IMG/VR virus record: IMGVR_UViG_3300006925_002811
Source of the DNA: an uncultured virus (IMG/VR IMGVR_UViG_3300006925_002811)
Lineage: Duplodnaviria > Heunggongvirae > Uroviricota > Caudoviricetes
Length of the DNA stretch: 64,000 nt
Direction: 5' to 3' (one strand)
Positions 8,473-18,569 of the stretch are shown one piece after another. The notes under the pieces were generated by a model. That model made no database searches and was not told where the DNA came from. It saw only the letters and a list, made by a program, of their open reading frames with translations. The position numbers and the translations under genes are program-made. Position 1 is the first letter of the stretch. Each line of letters begins with the position of its first letter.

Positions 8473-11400
8473 TTAAACGTAGTTGTAATGTACAGTAATT
8501 GTACCAGCACCTGCTGTAGTAGTTGCCGCTGTAGAGCCATTGCTCTGCATAAACTGAACTTGTACTGCCGCATTCTTAGTTAGTTCTAAATCACCATCTA
8601 ATTCTACGATATAAGTTCCGGCTGTTGCCGCATCTGCGTCATCCGCCGCTACTAATGAATCACCTGCACCGCCATTCTCTTTAACAAGAATTTGGTTAAA
8701 TGATCCACCACTAAATGCAGTACCAATTTTGATAACAACTTTACTTGCGTAGTAAGTTCTACCACTAACATTTGGCATAGCACCTGTGTTAATTGTAGTT
8801 GAACCTGATACAAGTGCTTGACGAAGCATAAGCCCGTCGCCGCCATTGTTTTCAACATAGTCGATAACTGCCGCTGATGTTGGAATACTAGTATCATTGT
8901 TGTTATTTGTAATTCCGTCTGCTTCATCAACAAACTTAGTTACTGCAATGCTTTCACCTGAGTCGGTTAAAGTACCAAAACTTACAACACCTGATGCTGT
9001 TACGCCTGTTGCCACTAATGCACCAACTTCTAATCCAGCCGCTGTAAGAGTTAAGTCTCCAGTACCTGAACCGTCTGCTGTTGTAGTTGCCGCCATAAAC
9101 CTGTCAGCACTTTGATCCCAACCAAAGAATCCGTTGTTACCATCGGAGCCTCTTTCGTATATGTGACCAATGTCATTAGGGTTAGCACCTGTTAAACCTG
9201 ATTGTAATACAACCAATGTATCAGCAATCGTTGTGTTAGTACTGTTTACAGAAGTAGTTGTACCACTTACTGTTAAGTTACCACCAACAATCATGTTACC
9301 TGATGTTGTTAAATCAGTAATACCAGTTAAAGCACCTGAGCTTAAACTTGCTGTACCGTCTGTTAATGTAGTTGCACTAACTGATGTTAATCCACTTACT
9401 GTTGCATCTAAGGCTACTGTTAGTGTGTTACCTGAACCAGTTGTAGTAATGTTACTACCACCAGCAATATCAAGTGTTTCACTATCTAAATCAATACTTA
9501 AAGCACCACCGGCATCGCCTTGGAAGTCTAAGTCAGCCGCTGTTGCCACTGCATCAACATAGTCTTTAACAGCACCTGAAGTAGGGATAATAGTATCGCT
9601 ATCTGTAAGTGATGTTTGGAAACCTGTTGCTGTAATAGAACCATCGCTTAATGATCCAAACTGTACTGTTCCACTTGCTGTTACGTTAGTTGCACCTGTA
9701 ATAGCACCACCAGTTACAGTTAAAGTACCGTCAGTTAAACTACCACCTGTTACTGCACCACTGGCAGTTGTATTAACTAAACCAGTTAATGATCCTGCGT
9801 TTAATGTTGCTGTACCATCTGTAAATGAACCACCTGTTACTACACCACTAAATGTACCTGCAACACCTGAAGTAATACTACCAGAGTTAATACTTAATGT
9901 ACCATCTGTTAATGTACCACCTTCTAATGAGCCACTAAATGTACCTGCTACACCACCAGTTATAGAACCAGAGGCTAAAGTTGCTGTACCGTCAGTTAAT
10001 GATCCGGCTGTTACTGCACCACTAAATGTACCTGCTGTCATACCTGTTAAGGTAGTATCTAGGTTTACAGTTAATGTATCTGTTGCACCTGCTACAGTAG
10101 TAATATTAGTACCACCTGCTATGTCAACAGTATCTCCACCTGCTACAGTTTGTGTTCCTGAATCACCTGTTAATGTCCAAGAAGTAGAAATAGCCGCTGT
10201 ACTAGCCGCTGTAACTCTACCTTGTGCATCAATTGTTAATACTGGAATTGCTGTAGTTGTACCATATGAACCAGCCGTTACTGCTGTGTTATCTAGGTTT
10301 ATTGTTACGCCATTGCCTGAACCTACTGAACTTAATCCTGTTCCACCTGCAATAGTTAATGTTTCACTGTCTAAATCAATAGCAAGTGCTCCACCACTGT
10401 CGCCTTGGAAGTCTAAGTCTTGAGCTGTTAGTTGTGTATCAACATAAGTTTTAACTGCTTTTTCAGTTGGAGTTGCTGTATCACTGTTACCTGCTAGTGT
10501 TCCATCTGTACTGAATTCAGTAATTGAAGCACCACTGGCGCCTGTTAATGAAGTACCTACTATTGCACCACCGGCTATATCACCAACTCTAATGTCTGAT
10601 GCTGTACCAGTGAATGTGTTTGAATTATCAGTAGCATCTGCTATGAATACAAACTCACTTGCTGAATCATCATAACCAAAGAAACCTGTCTTTGCCGCTG
10701 ATCCATTGTGCCAGTTAAATTTAATACCTCTGTCCAAGTTGTCATCAGCACTTATACCAGGATCACCTAGTTCAAATGTTGGGTCGTCTACTTGTACTGT
10801 TGTACTGTTTACTGTAGTAGTTGTTCCATTTACTGTTAAAGTTCCTGAAACTACTGCATCACCAGTAATTGTAACTGTTGATGATGTAATATCATCTGAG
10901 TTAAGTGTACCAGTAACTGTTAAGTCGTTACCTATTGTTACATCACTTGGTAGACCAATAGTAATCTTGTTGTTAGATACTGCTGTTTCTATCTCGTTTG
11001 AAGTACCTTCAAAAGTTAATGTATCAGTACCTAATGCTACTGTGTCATTACTTCCACTGTCTGCCGCAATAGTTAAGTTTGTTGAGATACTTGCAGTACT
11101 AACTGCTGTAACTAAACCTTTAGCATTAACTGTAACTACTGGAATTGCTGTGGTTGTACCAAACGATCCTACGTCACTGTTAACTGTTGCTAATGTACCT
11201 GCACCTGTTACATTACCTGAACCATCAAACGATGCTGATGTCCATGTCATGTCACCTGTCATACCGATAGTTCTACCAGTTGCTAGTGCAGTTGCCGTAT
11301 CGGCATTACCAGTTAAGTCACCAGTAATTGCGCCGGAGGCGTTTATTGTTGTGAAAGAGCCTGCCGCGGCAGTTGAACCACCGATGATGACTCCGTTAAT

Positions 11401-11823
11401 TGTACCACCTGTCAGTGTTACGTTTGTTATGTCTTGTGTAGCAATACTACCAAGTCCTAAACCAGTTCTAGCACCAGCCGCCGTTGTTCCACCTGTACCA
11501 CCATTAGCAATAGGCAAAGTGCCGCTTACTTCTGATGTTAAAGATATCGCCGAGCCTGCACTAAATGTACCGCCTGAGACTTTGATAATACCTGAACTGC
11601 TACTAAAGTCTTGCCCAGTACCACCGTACTGAGATCCAATAGCCGTGCCCGTCCATGTACCTGCGGTAACACTACCGAACCTTACGTTCTCTAGTGTTGA
11701 CCCATTGGACTGAGTAAAATCAAATTGATTATTGCCGCTGTCGTATTTTAAACGACCGCCGCTTTTACCCATTTGCACGTCTGAAGAAAGACCTTTTATA
11801 CCAAAGTTCTTAATATCAGCCAT
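8473..11823 (-). CDS. Large virion fibre/structural protein with internal repeats
   Basis: 1116 aa G/T/S/A-rich; repeated LTDGT, LDFQGDxGGALxIDLDSETL x2, GTTTAIPV repeats; late motif 11881-11888. Confidence 0.85.
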   Translation of the reverse strand: MADIKNFGIKGLSSDVQMGKSGGRLKYDSGNNQFDFTQSNGSTLENVRFGSVTAGTWTGTAIGSQYGGTGQDFSSSSGIIKVSGGTFSAGSAISLTSEVSGTLPIANGGTGGTTAAGARTGLGLGSIATQDITNVTLTGGTINGVIIGGSTAAAGSFTTINASGAITGDLTGNADTATALATGRTIGMTGDMTWTSASFDGSGNVTGAGTLATVNSDVGSFGTTTAIPVVTVNAKGLVTAVSTASISTNLTIAADSGSNDTVALGTDTLTFEGTSNEIETAVSNNKITIGLPSDVTIGNDLTVTGTLNSDDITSSTVTITGDAVVSGTLTVNGTTTTVNSTTVQVDDPTFELGDPGISADDNLDRGIKFNWHNGSAAKTGFFGYDDSASEFVFIADATDNSNTFTGTASDIRVGDIAGGAIVGTSLTGASGASITEFSTDGTLAGNSDTATPTEKAVKTYVDTQLTAQDLDFQGDSGGALAIDLDSETLTIAGGTGLSSVGSGNGVTINLDNTAVTAGSYGTTTAIPVLTIDAQGRVTAASTAAISTSWTLTGDSGTQTVAGGDTVDIAGGTNITTVAGATDTLTVNLDTTLTGMTAGTFSGAVTAGSLTDGTATLASGSITGGVAGTFSGSLEGGTLTDGTLSINSGSITSGVAGTFSGVVTGGSFTDGTATLNAGSLTGLVNTTASGAVTGGSLTDGTLTVTGGAITGATNVTASGTVQFGSLSDGSITATGFQTSLTDSDTIIPTSGAVKDYVDAVATAADLDFQGDAGGALSIDLDSETLDIAGGSNITTTGSGNTLTVALDATVSGLTSVSATTLTDGTASLSSGALTGITDLTTSGNMIVGGNLTVSGTTTSVNSTNTTIADTLVVLQSGLTGANPNDIGHIYERGSDGNNGFFGWDQSADRFMAATTTADGSGTGDLTLTAAGLEVGALVATGVTASGVVSFGTLTDSGESIAVTKFVDEADGITNNNNDTSIPTSAAVIDYVENNGGDGLMLRQALVSGSTTINTGAMPNVSGRTYYASKVVIKIGTAFSGGSFNQILVKENGGAGDSLVAADDADAATAGTYIVELDGDLELTKNAAVQVQFMQSNGSTAATTTAGAGTITVHYNYV

Positions 11824-11893
11824 TTGTTTCTCCTAAAATTGTATTATGCATAACACATTCAAAATGATTTGTGTTACTTGTATTTATCGTTTT

Positions 11894-13924
11894 TTAGATA
11901 TATGTGAGCTTAACAGTTACTACTCCAGCGGATGCTCCATAGTGATTACATCTTGCTTTTACCTCTAGGTCCTGCGTCTCTGTTGAAGGGTGTACATGCT
12001 CTGAGTTAGGCATGAATGTCATTACTTCTGTTAAGTCATTACTTGGATCATCTACAAACTGATCAGGGTCTGCTGTAGTACCAATTTCAATACTAGGTGT
12101 ACCACCTGAGTAGCCTGTGAATGCTGTGGTTACTTCAATAGCAACCGAAGTTATTTTACCACCTGGTGATATATTACCAAGTGTGTTAGTTGTAGCAGTT
12201 CCAAAACCGCTTATTGGCATAGTAAATGTAGATGTCAATGTTCTAGCATCAACTACACTACTGTCAGCATCAGATATTTTAACCCAACTACTGCCATCAT
12301 ATAAGTATAATGCCCATTCGCCATCTGCCGCCGTAAGTACATGAGCCTGATCACCTGTTTGTGCTGTTAAGTTATTCCTTGCGGCTATGTTGTTAACAAC
12401 TGTAACTGAACCTGCTCTGATACCTTGTTCTACATTTAATGCTAATGGGTACATACCGTTATGTCCACTAGCAATTCCTGTATTTACTCTAAAGTGTTCG
12501 GTGCCTTCGTAAATTAATATTTCGCCACCATCTGTTCTTGTTAAATTTAGTCTGCTTGTACCTGGTCCATTTGTTGTAGCATTTAAACCTGATATATTAC
12601 TACCACCTACAAAAGGATTACCATTTGTATCACTTGTTACATTAGCAATAGTTATTGTATTACCATTTGCTTCAGTGAGTGTTAGTTGAGTATCTGCACT
12701 ATTGGCACTTGCTGTTAGATTAGGTATGCCTTCGTCATTGATATCTTTTGCCATGTCGCTTGGTATAGAAACTGCGGCACCGTACTTGGACTGTCCGCCA
12801 GTTGTCGTACTAAACGTTACTGTCGTCACACCAGATCCACTATTAAATGAAGCGGCAAACGATGGGTAACCACCTACTAATCCGTATGCTGTACTATCAG
12901 CATCACTGCTTACAATATTCTTTGTTGGTACTGTACTTGCTGTAGTGCTATGTGTACTTGTACCATTGTTAATAGTACTAGTCATTTGACTTATTGTTGC
13001 GTTAGCACCGCCAGTACCTGCAAATGTAATTGTTGTACCATTTAGTTTTAGTACATGCCCATCTGGTACAGTAGGTCCGTCTACTGTTCCTTCTAAAAGT
13101 GTTGGTATAGAATCTTGTATTTTTAAGAATGCAATTTTACCTGTATCAGTTGTTGTTAGATCACCGTCAGTGTCAACATAAATGTAGTCGCCTCTACTTC
13201 CTGGTATGCCTGGTTCGAAGTCAATTATTCTACTGTTAGGTGAAACCATAAACATGTTAGGACCTGGACCATCTTCAACTACTATGCCGATCATTTTAGC
13301 CATTGTTGATGATGTTGCTTTAACATAACCAGAAGCATCAGCACATATTACATCGCCTTTGTTAAACCCATGTGAGGTTTTTTCTAGTACATAATTTAAA
13401 CTTGGATTCAAGTATTGGAACCTACTCATTACTGTAGCATAAAAACTGCTAGCCGCTGTAGTAGGTAATGGATCTAACATTGGTAGACCTAATTCGTTTA
13501 ATGAGAATATAATAGCAGAACCTGTGCCGAATATACCGTTACCATCACTTGCTTTAAAGGTGTTATAACGCAACCAATCCTCAACAACACATGTAACCGT
13601 GTTCGTTGTTTTACTATCTATGCTGACAACTTTAACACATTGGCCAGTGGTTGCTCCTGCTATCCAGTCGCCTACAGCGACATCTAATCCATTATAAGTG
13701 AAGTCATCTCTGCTTAAATGTGAACCGTGATTTTGACTTGTTACAGTAAGTGTAATAGTCCATTGATAATATTTCTTACTACCAGAACCGGAGTACCAAA
13801 TGTCTCCTGAACCGTTTTGATGGTCCCAGTAATTTTTTCCTGTAATCGCTGATACTGAAACACCTAATACTTTATTAGGATGATTTAGTTTTATTTGACT
13901 GCTTTTGTAATTAATCAAAGCCAC
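11894..13924 (-). CDS. Virion structural protein
   Basis: 676 aa beta-rich; C-terminal module paralogous to 61674..62744. Confidence 0.8.
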   Translation of the reverse strand: MALINYKSSQIKLNHPNKVLGVSVSAITGKNYWDHQNGSGDIWYSGSGSKKYYQWTITLTVTSQNHGSHLSRDDFTYNGLDVAVGDWIAGATTGQCVKVVSIDSKTTNTVTCVVEDWLRYNTFKASDGNGIFGTGSAIIFSLNELGLPMLDPLPTTAASSFYATVMSRFQYLNPSLNYVLEKTSHGFNKGDVICADASGYVKATSSTMAKMIGIVVEDGPGPNMFMVSPNSRIIDFEPGIPGSRGDYIYVDTDGDLTTTDTGKIAFLKIQDSIPTLLEGTVDGPTVPDGHVLKLNGTTITFAGTGGANATISQMTSTINNGTSTHSTTASTVPTKNIVSSDADSTAYGLVGGYPSFAASFNSGSGVTTVTFSTTTGGQSKYGAAVSIPSDMAKDINDEGIPNLTASANSADTQLTLTEANGNTITIANVTSDTNGNPFVGGSNISGLNATTNGPGTSRLNLTRTDGGEILIYEGTEHFRVNTGIASGHNGMYPLALNVEQGIRAGSVTVVNNIAARNNLTAQTGDQAHVLTAADGEWALYLYDGSSWVKISDADSSVVDARTLTSTFTMPISGFGTATTNTLGNISPGGKITSVAIEVTTAFTGYSGGTPSIEIGTTADPDQFVDDPSNDLTEVMTFMPNSEHVHPSTETQDLEVKARCNHYGASAGVVTVKLTYI

Positions 13925-13939
13925 TATTGAATTCCTATT

Positions 13940-16900
13940 TTAATCATACATTGTGAACTGAATCCAGGCATGAGTAGTTGTTCCAAAACTTCTACTGGCT
14001 CCTGTTTCTGCTTCACGTAATCTCAACTTTACTGCAACTGCTGAACTGCCGTTAAACAAAGTAGGTGAACCTGATGAACCACCGCCTGCTATTTGTCTCA
14101 ATCCCATTGTAGTTGACATTGGTACCAGTAAGTAGACATTGTTGACGTAGTCATATCCATATGCCATTACAGAACCTGGAGGATAATTATAAGTACCGCT
14201 ATCGAATGTTATAGTCATGTCGCCACCACTAGCACTATCAATAATAGCACTACTTATTCCTGTGCTTAGATTAGATGTTGATGTTAAGTTACCCGAACTA
14301 TCATAGTTTAGTTTGAATCTTAATACTTTAGCACCTGATCCGCCACCACCGCCGCTGTTATTATCTGCCGCTGGTGCCCAACTGGTACCGTTATATTTTA
14401 ATACTTGTCCTGATGTTACACCTGCTGTACTAACATCTGTTAATCCATTTAATGCAGTTGCACCACCGCCACCACCTGATTGGTCAACCCATGATAGGCC
14501 ACCTGAACCATCTGTTTTTAATACTTGATCTGCATCACCGTCTGTTGTTGGCAATGTTAATGTATAGTTTGCACCAGCACTATGAGCCGGGCCTTTAATT
14601 GTTATACCGTGTGAGTTATTCTCACAATTTAATTTAAACTGTCCTGAACCTTTAGTAGCATTACCTTTGAATACTACAACACCTGTTCCATTTGGATCTA
14701 AATCTATATCACCATTACTTAGAGTTACAATGTCTTTACCGTTAACATCTAAGTTGCCACCTAGTTGAGGTGATGTGTCTGAAACTACATCTGCTAGTCC
14801 ACCACCTGCTGGTCCAGTTGCACCCTGTGGTCCTGTAGCACCAGTATCACCCTGCGGTCCAGTTGCTCCTGTATTACCTGCTGGTCCTTGCGGTCCTGCT
14901 ACAGTACTGTTTGCTCCTGCTGGTCCTGTTGCACCAGTTGGTCCTGTATCACCAGTGTCACCTTTTGGGCCTGTTGGACCTGCTACGGTGCTGTCTGCAC
15001 CCTGTGGCCCTGTTGCACCTGTTGGTCCTGTAGCACCTGCACTACCGGCTGGCCCTTGTGGTCCAGCGGCACCAGTTGCACCTTTTATACTACCCAAGTT
15101 CTGTACAGAACTATTTGCGTATGTAAATATTAATTCGTCACTTGTGATTGCAACGTTAGTTACGCCGTTACCAGCGGCTCCTGTGCTTCCTGCTGGGCCT
15201 GTTGGACCTGTACTTCCTGCTGGTCCTTGAGGTCCTGTAGCACCTACTCCTGATAAATTTACTGTAGTACCATCATATGTTAAGTTACTTCCACTTAATG
15301 CTATAGTTGGTCTACTTGTTAAATCGTTAAATAATCCACTAGTTGCTACTGTACTTAAAGAACTAGTAGCCGCCTTAGTGGCTATTGAATTTGTTACTGT
15401 TGTGGCAAAATTAGGATCATCACCTAGTGCCGCCGCTAATTCATTTAGTGTATCTAATGTGCCTGGAGCACTATCAGTTATTGCCGCTACTATTGTTGAT
15501 TGGTTTGCAAATCCTTGTGCTGTTAAGTATGAACCAACATCACTATCTCCGTATGCTGATGCTGGTGTAGTAAATGTAAATGCACCACTACCGTTTGTTG
15601 TTAGTACTTGTCCGTTAGTTCCGTCTGAACCTACGTCTGTTAATGCTAATAAAGTAGATGAACCACCACCTGACTCTGCGGCATTTACCCATGCCGTACC
15701 ATTATACTTTAATACTTGTCCGCTACTTGGTGATGATATAGTTGTATCTGTTAAACTTACAACACTTGCAGTTCCGCTTGAACCACTGTTTGTAATTGTT
15801 AAAGTATCTGTTGCACTATTAGTTGTTATTGTAATACCAGAACCAGCCTCAATATTTAAGGTATCGTTCTCAGCATCAGCCACCATATTGTCTTGACCGT
15901 CAACTGCAAATACACCAAAGCCATTTCTTCTTATTGATGAGATATCAATTGTGCTACCGCCACTAATTCCTATTTCGTCTGTTGCGGCATTCCAAGAAAG
16001 TGTTTGAGTTGATGCGGCAATACTTACATTTGATACACTTGTAATTTTACCTGCACTATTAACTGTAAACTGTGGTAGGCTTGTAGAAGTACCGTATGTA
16101 CCTGCTGTAACACCACTTGCATCGTCAATAGAAACGTTTGATACGTTTGTAATTTGTCCTTGTGCATTAACTGTTATTTGAGGAATAACACTTATATCAC
16201 CATATGTCTTAGCAGTTACACCTGTGTCAGTTAATGATATAGCACCACTTGTATTGTTATATGTAATACCTGTGCTACCGCTTATGTCTGTTAAAGCAAT
16301 ACCTGTAGCATCAGTTAGTGTAAACGGCTCATACTTGCTAGTTGTACTGTTATACTTTAATACTTGTCCGTTTGTTGGTGACGTTGTACTAACATCGCCT
16401 ATTGCTGAAGTACTTAATCCTGCACCTATCTCAGATAAGTTAGCACTGATAGTCATTGTATCAGTACCACTATTAGTTGTAATGTCTATTCCATTACCAT
16501 CACTAAATGTAATTGTATCACTGGTGCCGTCTGCACCTATAGTTGTTTGACCTGTTACTGCAAAGTTTTTAAATGCTAGTTCAACGTTACCGCCTGAACC
16601 ACCACTACCACCTGATAAGGCAATAAGATCAACGTTTTGAATTCTTCCGTATGTGTCAACTGTTATTTGTGGTATTGTAGTTGTGTTACCATATACACCA
16701 CTTGAGACACCTGTTGCTACTAAGTTAATTGTTGCTGTAGATTGATTACCAGTACCACCGGATACTGTTATTTGTCCTGCTGTTCCTACTGCTGTTTCAA
16801 CATAGTCTGCTGTTAAACTTGTAGCCGCCGCTACTGTTATGTCTGTTGCTGTTACTGAAGTTACTTGACCTTGTTGGTTAACTGCAATTACTGGAACTTG

Positions 16901-17260
16901 CGAAGCACTACCATAAGTACCTGCTGTTAGTCCAGAGACATCTGCAATATGTACACCACTTGCATTTGCTTCTATACCAGTTCCACCAACAACATTGAAT
17001 GTTGCGGATGTTTTACTTAAACCGTTTCCTGAACTGTATGGATCGTTGGCTATCGGACGCCATTTACCTGCCGCCGCACTATATTGTAGTATTTGCGTAT
17101 CAGTAGGTGCGTAACCGCCGATTGCGTTTACGTCGGATAAGTCATTAAGTTCAACACCGCCAATGCTTAATGCATTTTCGCCAGCATTAACTCTTACAAA
17201 TTTTAATGCTTTGCCGTTGTAATCCGAAGGACTATCTGTTAAATCAAGAAATGTTGCCAT
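13940..17260 (-). CDS. Tail-fibre-like protein with collagen triple-helix repeats
   Basis: [24 protein letters not shown] fibre motif, long G-X-Y runs, GQVLKYNG repeats, [14 protein letters not shown]. Confidence 0.88.
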   Translation of the reverse strand: MATFLDLTDSPSDYNGKALKFVRVNAGENALSIGGVELNDLSDVNAIGGYAPTDTQILQYSAAAGKWRPIANDPYSSGNGLSKTSATFNVVGGTGIEANASGVHIADVSGLTAGTYGSASQVPVIAVNQQGQVTSVTATDITVAAATSLTADYVETAVGTAGQITVSGGTGNQSTATINLVATGVSSGVYGNTTTIPQITVDTYGRIQNVDLIALSGGSGGSGGNVELAFKNFAVTGQTTIGADGTSDTITFSDGNGIDITTNSGTDTMTISANLSEIGAGLSTSAIGDVSTTSPTNGQVLKYNSTTSKYEPFTLTDATGIALTDISGSTGITYNNTSGAISLTDTGVTAKTYGDISVIPQITVNAQGQITNVSNVSIDDASGVTAGTYGTSTSLPQFTVNSAGKITSVSNVSIAASTQTLSWNAATDEIGISGGSTIDISSIRRNGFGVFAVDGQDNMVADAENDTLNIEAGSGITITTNSATDTLTITNSGSSGTASVVSLTDTTISSPSSGQVLKYNGTAWVNAAESGGGSSTLLALTDVGSDGTNGQVLTTNGSGAFTFTTPASAYGDSDVGSYLTAQGFANQSTIVAAITDSAPGTLDTLNELAAALGDDPNFATTVTNSIATKAATSSLSTVATSGLFNDLTSRPTIALSGSNLTYDGTTVNLSGVGATGPQGPAGSTGPTGPAGSTGAAGNGVTNVAITSDELIFTYANSSVQNLGSIKGATGAAGPQGPAGSAGATGPTGATGPQGADSTVAGPTGPKGDTGDTGPTGATGPAGANSTVAGPQGPAGNTGATGPQGDTGATGPQGATGPAGGGLADVVSDTSPQLGGNLDVNGKDIVTLSNGDIDLDPNGTGVVVFKGNATKGSGQFKLNCENNSHGITIKGPAHSAGANYTLTLPTTDGDADQVLKTDGSGGLSWVDQSGGGGGATALNGLTDVSTAGVTSGQVLKYNGTSWAPAADNNSGGGGGSGAKVLRFKLNYDSSGNLTSTSNLSTGISSAIIDSASGGDMTITFDSGTYNYPPGSVMAYGYDYVNNVYLLVPMSTTMGLRQIAGGGSSGSPTLFNGSSAVAVKLRLREAETGASRSFGTTTHAWIQFTMYD
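14800..15250 (-). repeat. Collagen-like (Gly-X-Y)n coding repeat
   Basis: [16 protein letters not shown] / [16 protein letters not shown] runs; 9-nt periodic DNA. Confidence 0.9.
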
Positions 17261-17314
17261 ACAATATTATCCATCAAGTGTTCTTAAGTTGCTATTAACA
17301 ACTATTTATCACTC

Positions 17315-17743
17315 TTAAGCAGAAAGGATTATATTGTTTATTTGGCCGTATGAGACATCGTAGGTTTCGCCGTCACCTATGTATGATCTGTCCATATAAC
17401 ATCTAATAAAGGAAAAATTGCCTTTAAATGTGTATGCTTCAGACTTAACACCTGGTGCGTTTGCATTGAATTGAATATATCCAGCATCGTTCCATGCGGC
17501 ACTACCGGCATATAAACCTTCTGATGGATCAACTACGACATCAAACCAATCATCATCTGTTGGAGTCAACGATAATGTGGCTTGTATTTTGAATCTGCCT
17601 ACATAATTACTGTAGACTACTTGTATTGTGTGAATGCCATCGGTATACCCGTAATAACTGTCACCCTTGACAGTATCGGTGTATTTGTTCATTTCAGTGC
17701 CTGTGGCACCCATTAGTGTAACGCTTCTTCTATCTATTGGCAT
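17315..17743 (-). CDS. Conserved late/structural hypothetical protein
   Basis: 142 aa, KGDSYYGYTDGIHT...IQATL; directly upstream of fibre cluster. Confidence 0.75.
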   Translation of the reverse strand: MPIDRRSVTLMGATGTEMNKYTDTVKGDSYYGYTDGIHTIQVVYSNYVGRFKIQATLSLTPTDDDWFDVVVDPSEGLYAGSAAWNDAGYIQFNANAPGVKSEAYTFKGNFSFIRCYMDRSYIGDGETYDVSYGQINNIILSA

Positions 17744-17754
17744 TTTTTATTCCT

Positions 17755-17805
17755 CTAGCAACAAGTACAGTTGCAACATTTACAGCACTTACATTGGTTG
17801 TCCAT
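17755..17805 (-). CDS. Cys-rich micropeptide MDNQCKCCKCCNCTCC (16 aa, 8 Cys)
   Basis: Not in ORF track; AAGGAG RBS about 7 nt upstream of ATG, GATAAATA at 17828-17835, stop abuts RBS of next gene. Confidence 0.75.
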   Translation of the reverse strand: MDNQCKCCKCCNCTCC

Positions 17806-17827
17806 GTTATTCTCCTTCTCTATAATG

Positions 17828-17835
17828 TATTTATC
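17828..17835 (-). promoter_or_regulatory. T4-like late promoter motif GATAAATA (representative)
   Basis: Same octamer just upstream of genes at 336, 354(+), 2534, 8402, 11881, 17303, 24124, 29864, 42672, 51045(+), 58307(+), 63437; TATAAATA at 7075(+), 27127. Confidence 0.8.
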
Positions 17836-18568
17836 ACTTTATAATAAAACATTTTGTTATCTGTAGATCGGTATTTGGGTGTGCTAATGCTAAGAAAGTT
17901 TTTAAATTATCAATTTCTTTTTCGTTAGTGTAGAATACACAATCCCACCATGCTCTTCTGCGGAATCTAATATTGTTAGGATCTATATTGTCTTCGAAAA
18001 AATGTTTTATTTCTTCAATCTTTTTACGCCTTAGATCGTAAGTAACTCTTGTTGGTCTTGCAGACACTTTTATGTTATACTTGTTCCAGTAAGGTTTTTT
18101 CCTAACAGCAACATCTATTTTTTTGTCTTGTAATAACTTTTTGTGTTTTGTACTCCAAGGCCCTGAGCATTGTTCAACATTGTTTGGTAACTTTTTTAAT
18201 ACTTTAGTATAGAAGTCTTTATCTTTGCAATAAACAGTAACCGTTCTCGAATAGTAATCTGTATAGAAACGCAAGTTAGCATATAAATCAATTGTTTGCA
18301 CTATGTCTTTTCTTATTTGCAGAGCACCGTAAATTTTTTGAGACTTAACTAAATTAATATAACCAGAAATCCACAGATCTTCATCAGTACTGCTTTTGCT
18401 AAAATTGTATGCATTTTCGGGCAATTCAAAGTTTCTCATTGCCTCTTCTACAGCCGGTTCTATATCATATTTAAAGTTTAACTTTATCCTATAAGGGTAC
18501 CTACCAAAATATATCCTATCACTAGGCTTTGCAGAAAAGTTTTTAGATTCATTGCCTAGTAATTTCAT
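17834..18568 (-). CDS. Basic hypothetical protein
   Basis: 244 aa, immediately downstream of clpA. Confidence 0.75.
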   Translation of the reverse strand: MKLLGNESKNFSAKPSDRIYFGRYPYRIKLNFKYDIEPAVEEAMRNFELPENAYNFSKSSTDEDLWISGYINLVKSQKIYGALQIRKDIVQTIDLYANLRFYTDYYSRTVTVYCKDKDFYTKVLKKLPNNVEQCSGPWSTKHKKLLQDKKIDVAVRKKPYWNKYNIKVSARPTRVTYDLRRKKIEEIKHFFEDNIDPNNIRFRRRAWWDCVFYTNEKEIDNLKTFLALAHPNTDLQITKCFIIK

Positions 18569-18569
18569 T

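Noticed and set aside
9515..10419. Identical 20-mer TCGCCTTGGAAGTCTAAGTC near 9515 and 10400 as a CRISPR or DGR repeat
   Set aside because: Only two copies, in frame, encoding the repeated LDFQGD motif; no spacers, no A-specific variation, no reverse transcriptase or cas genes
14800..15250. Periodic DNA as a tandem array
   Set aside because: Explained by Gly-X-Y collagen coding
8897..16550. Long plus-strand ORFs (e.g. 10706..11632, 14775..15230, 15378..15896) inside the fibre genes
   Set aside because: Antisense shadows of G/T/S/A-rich coding sequence; no RBS or promoter
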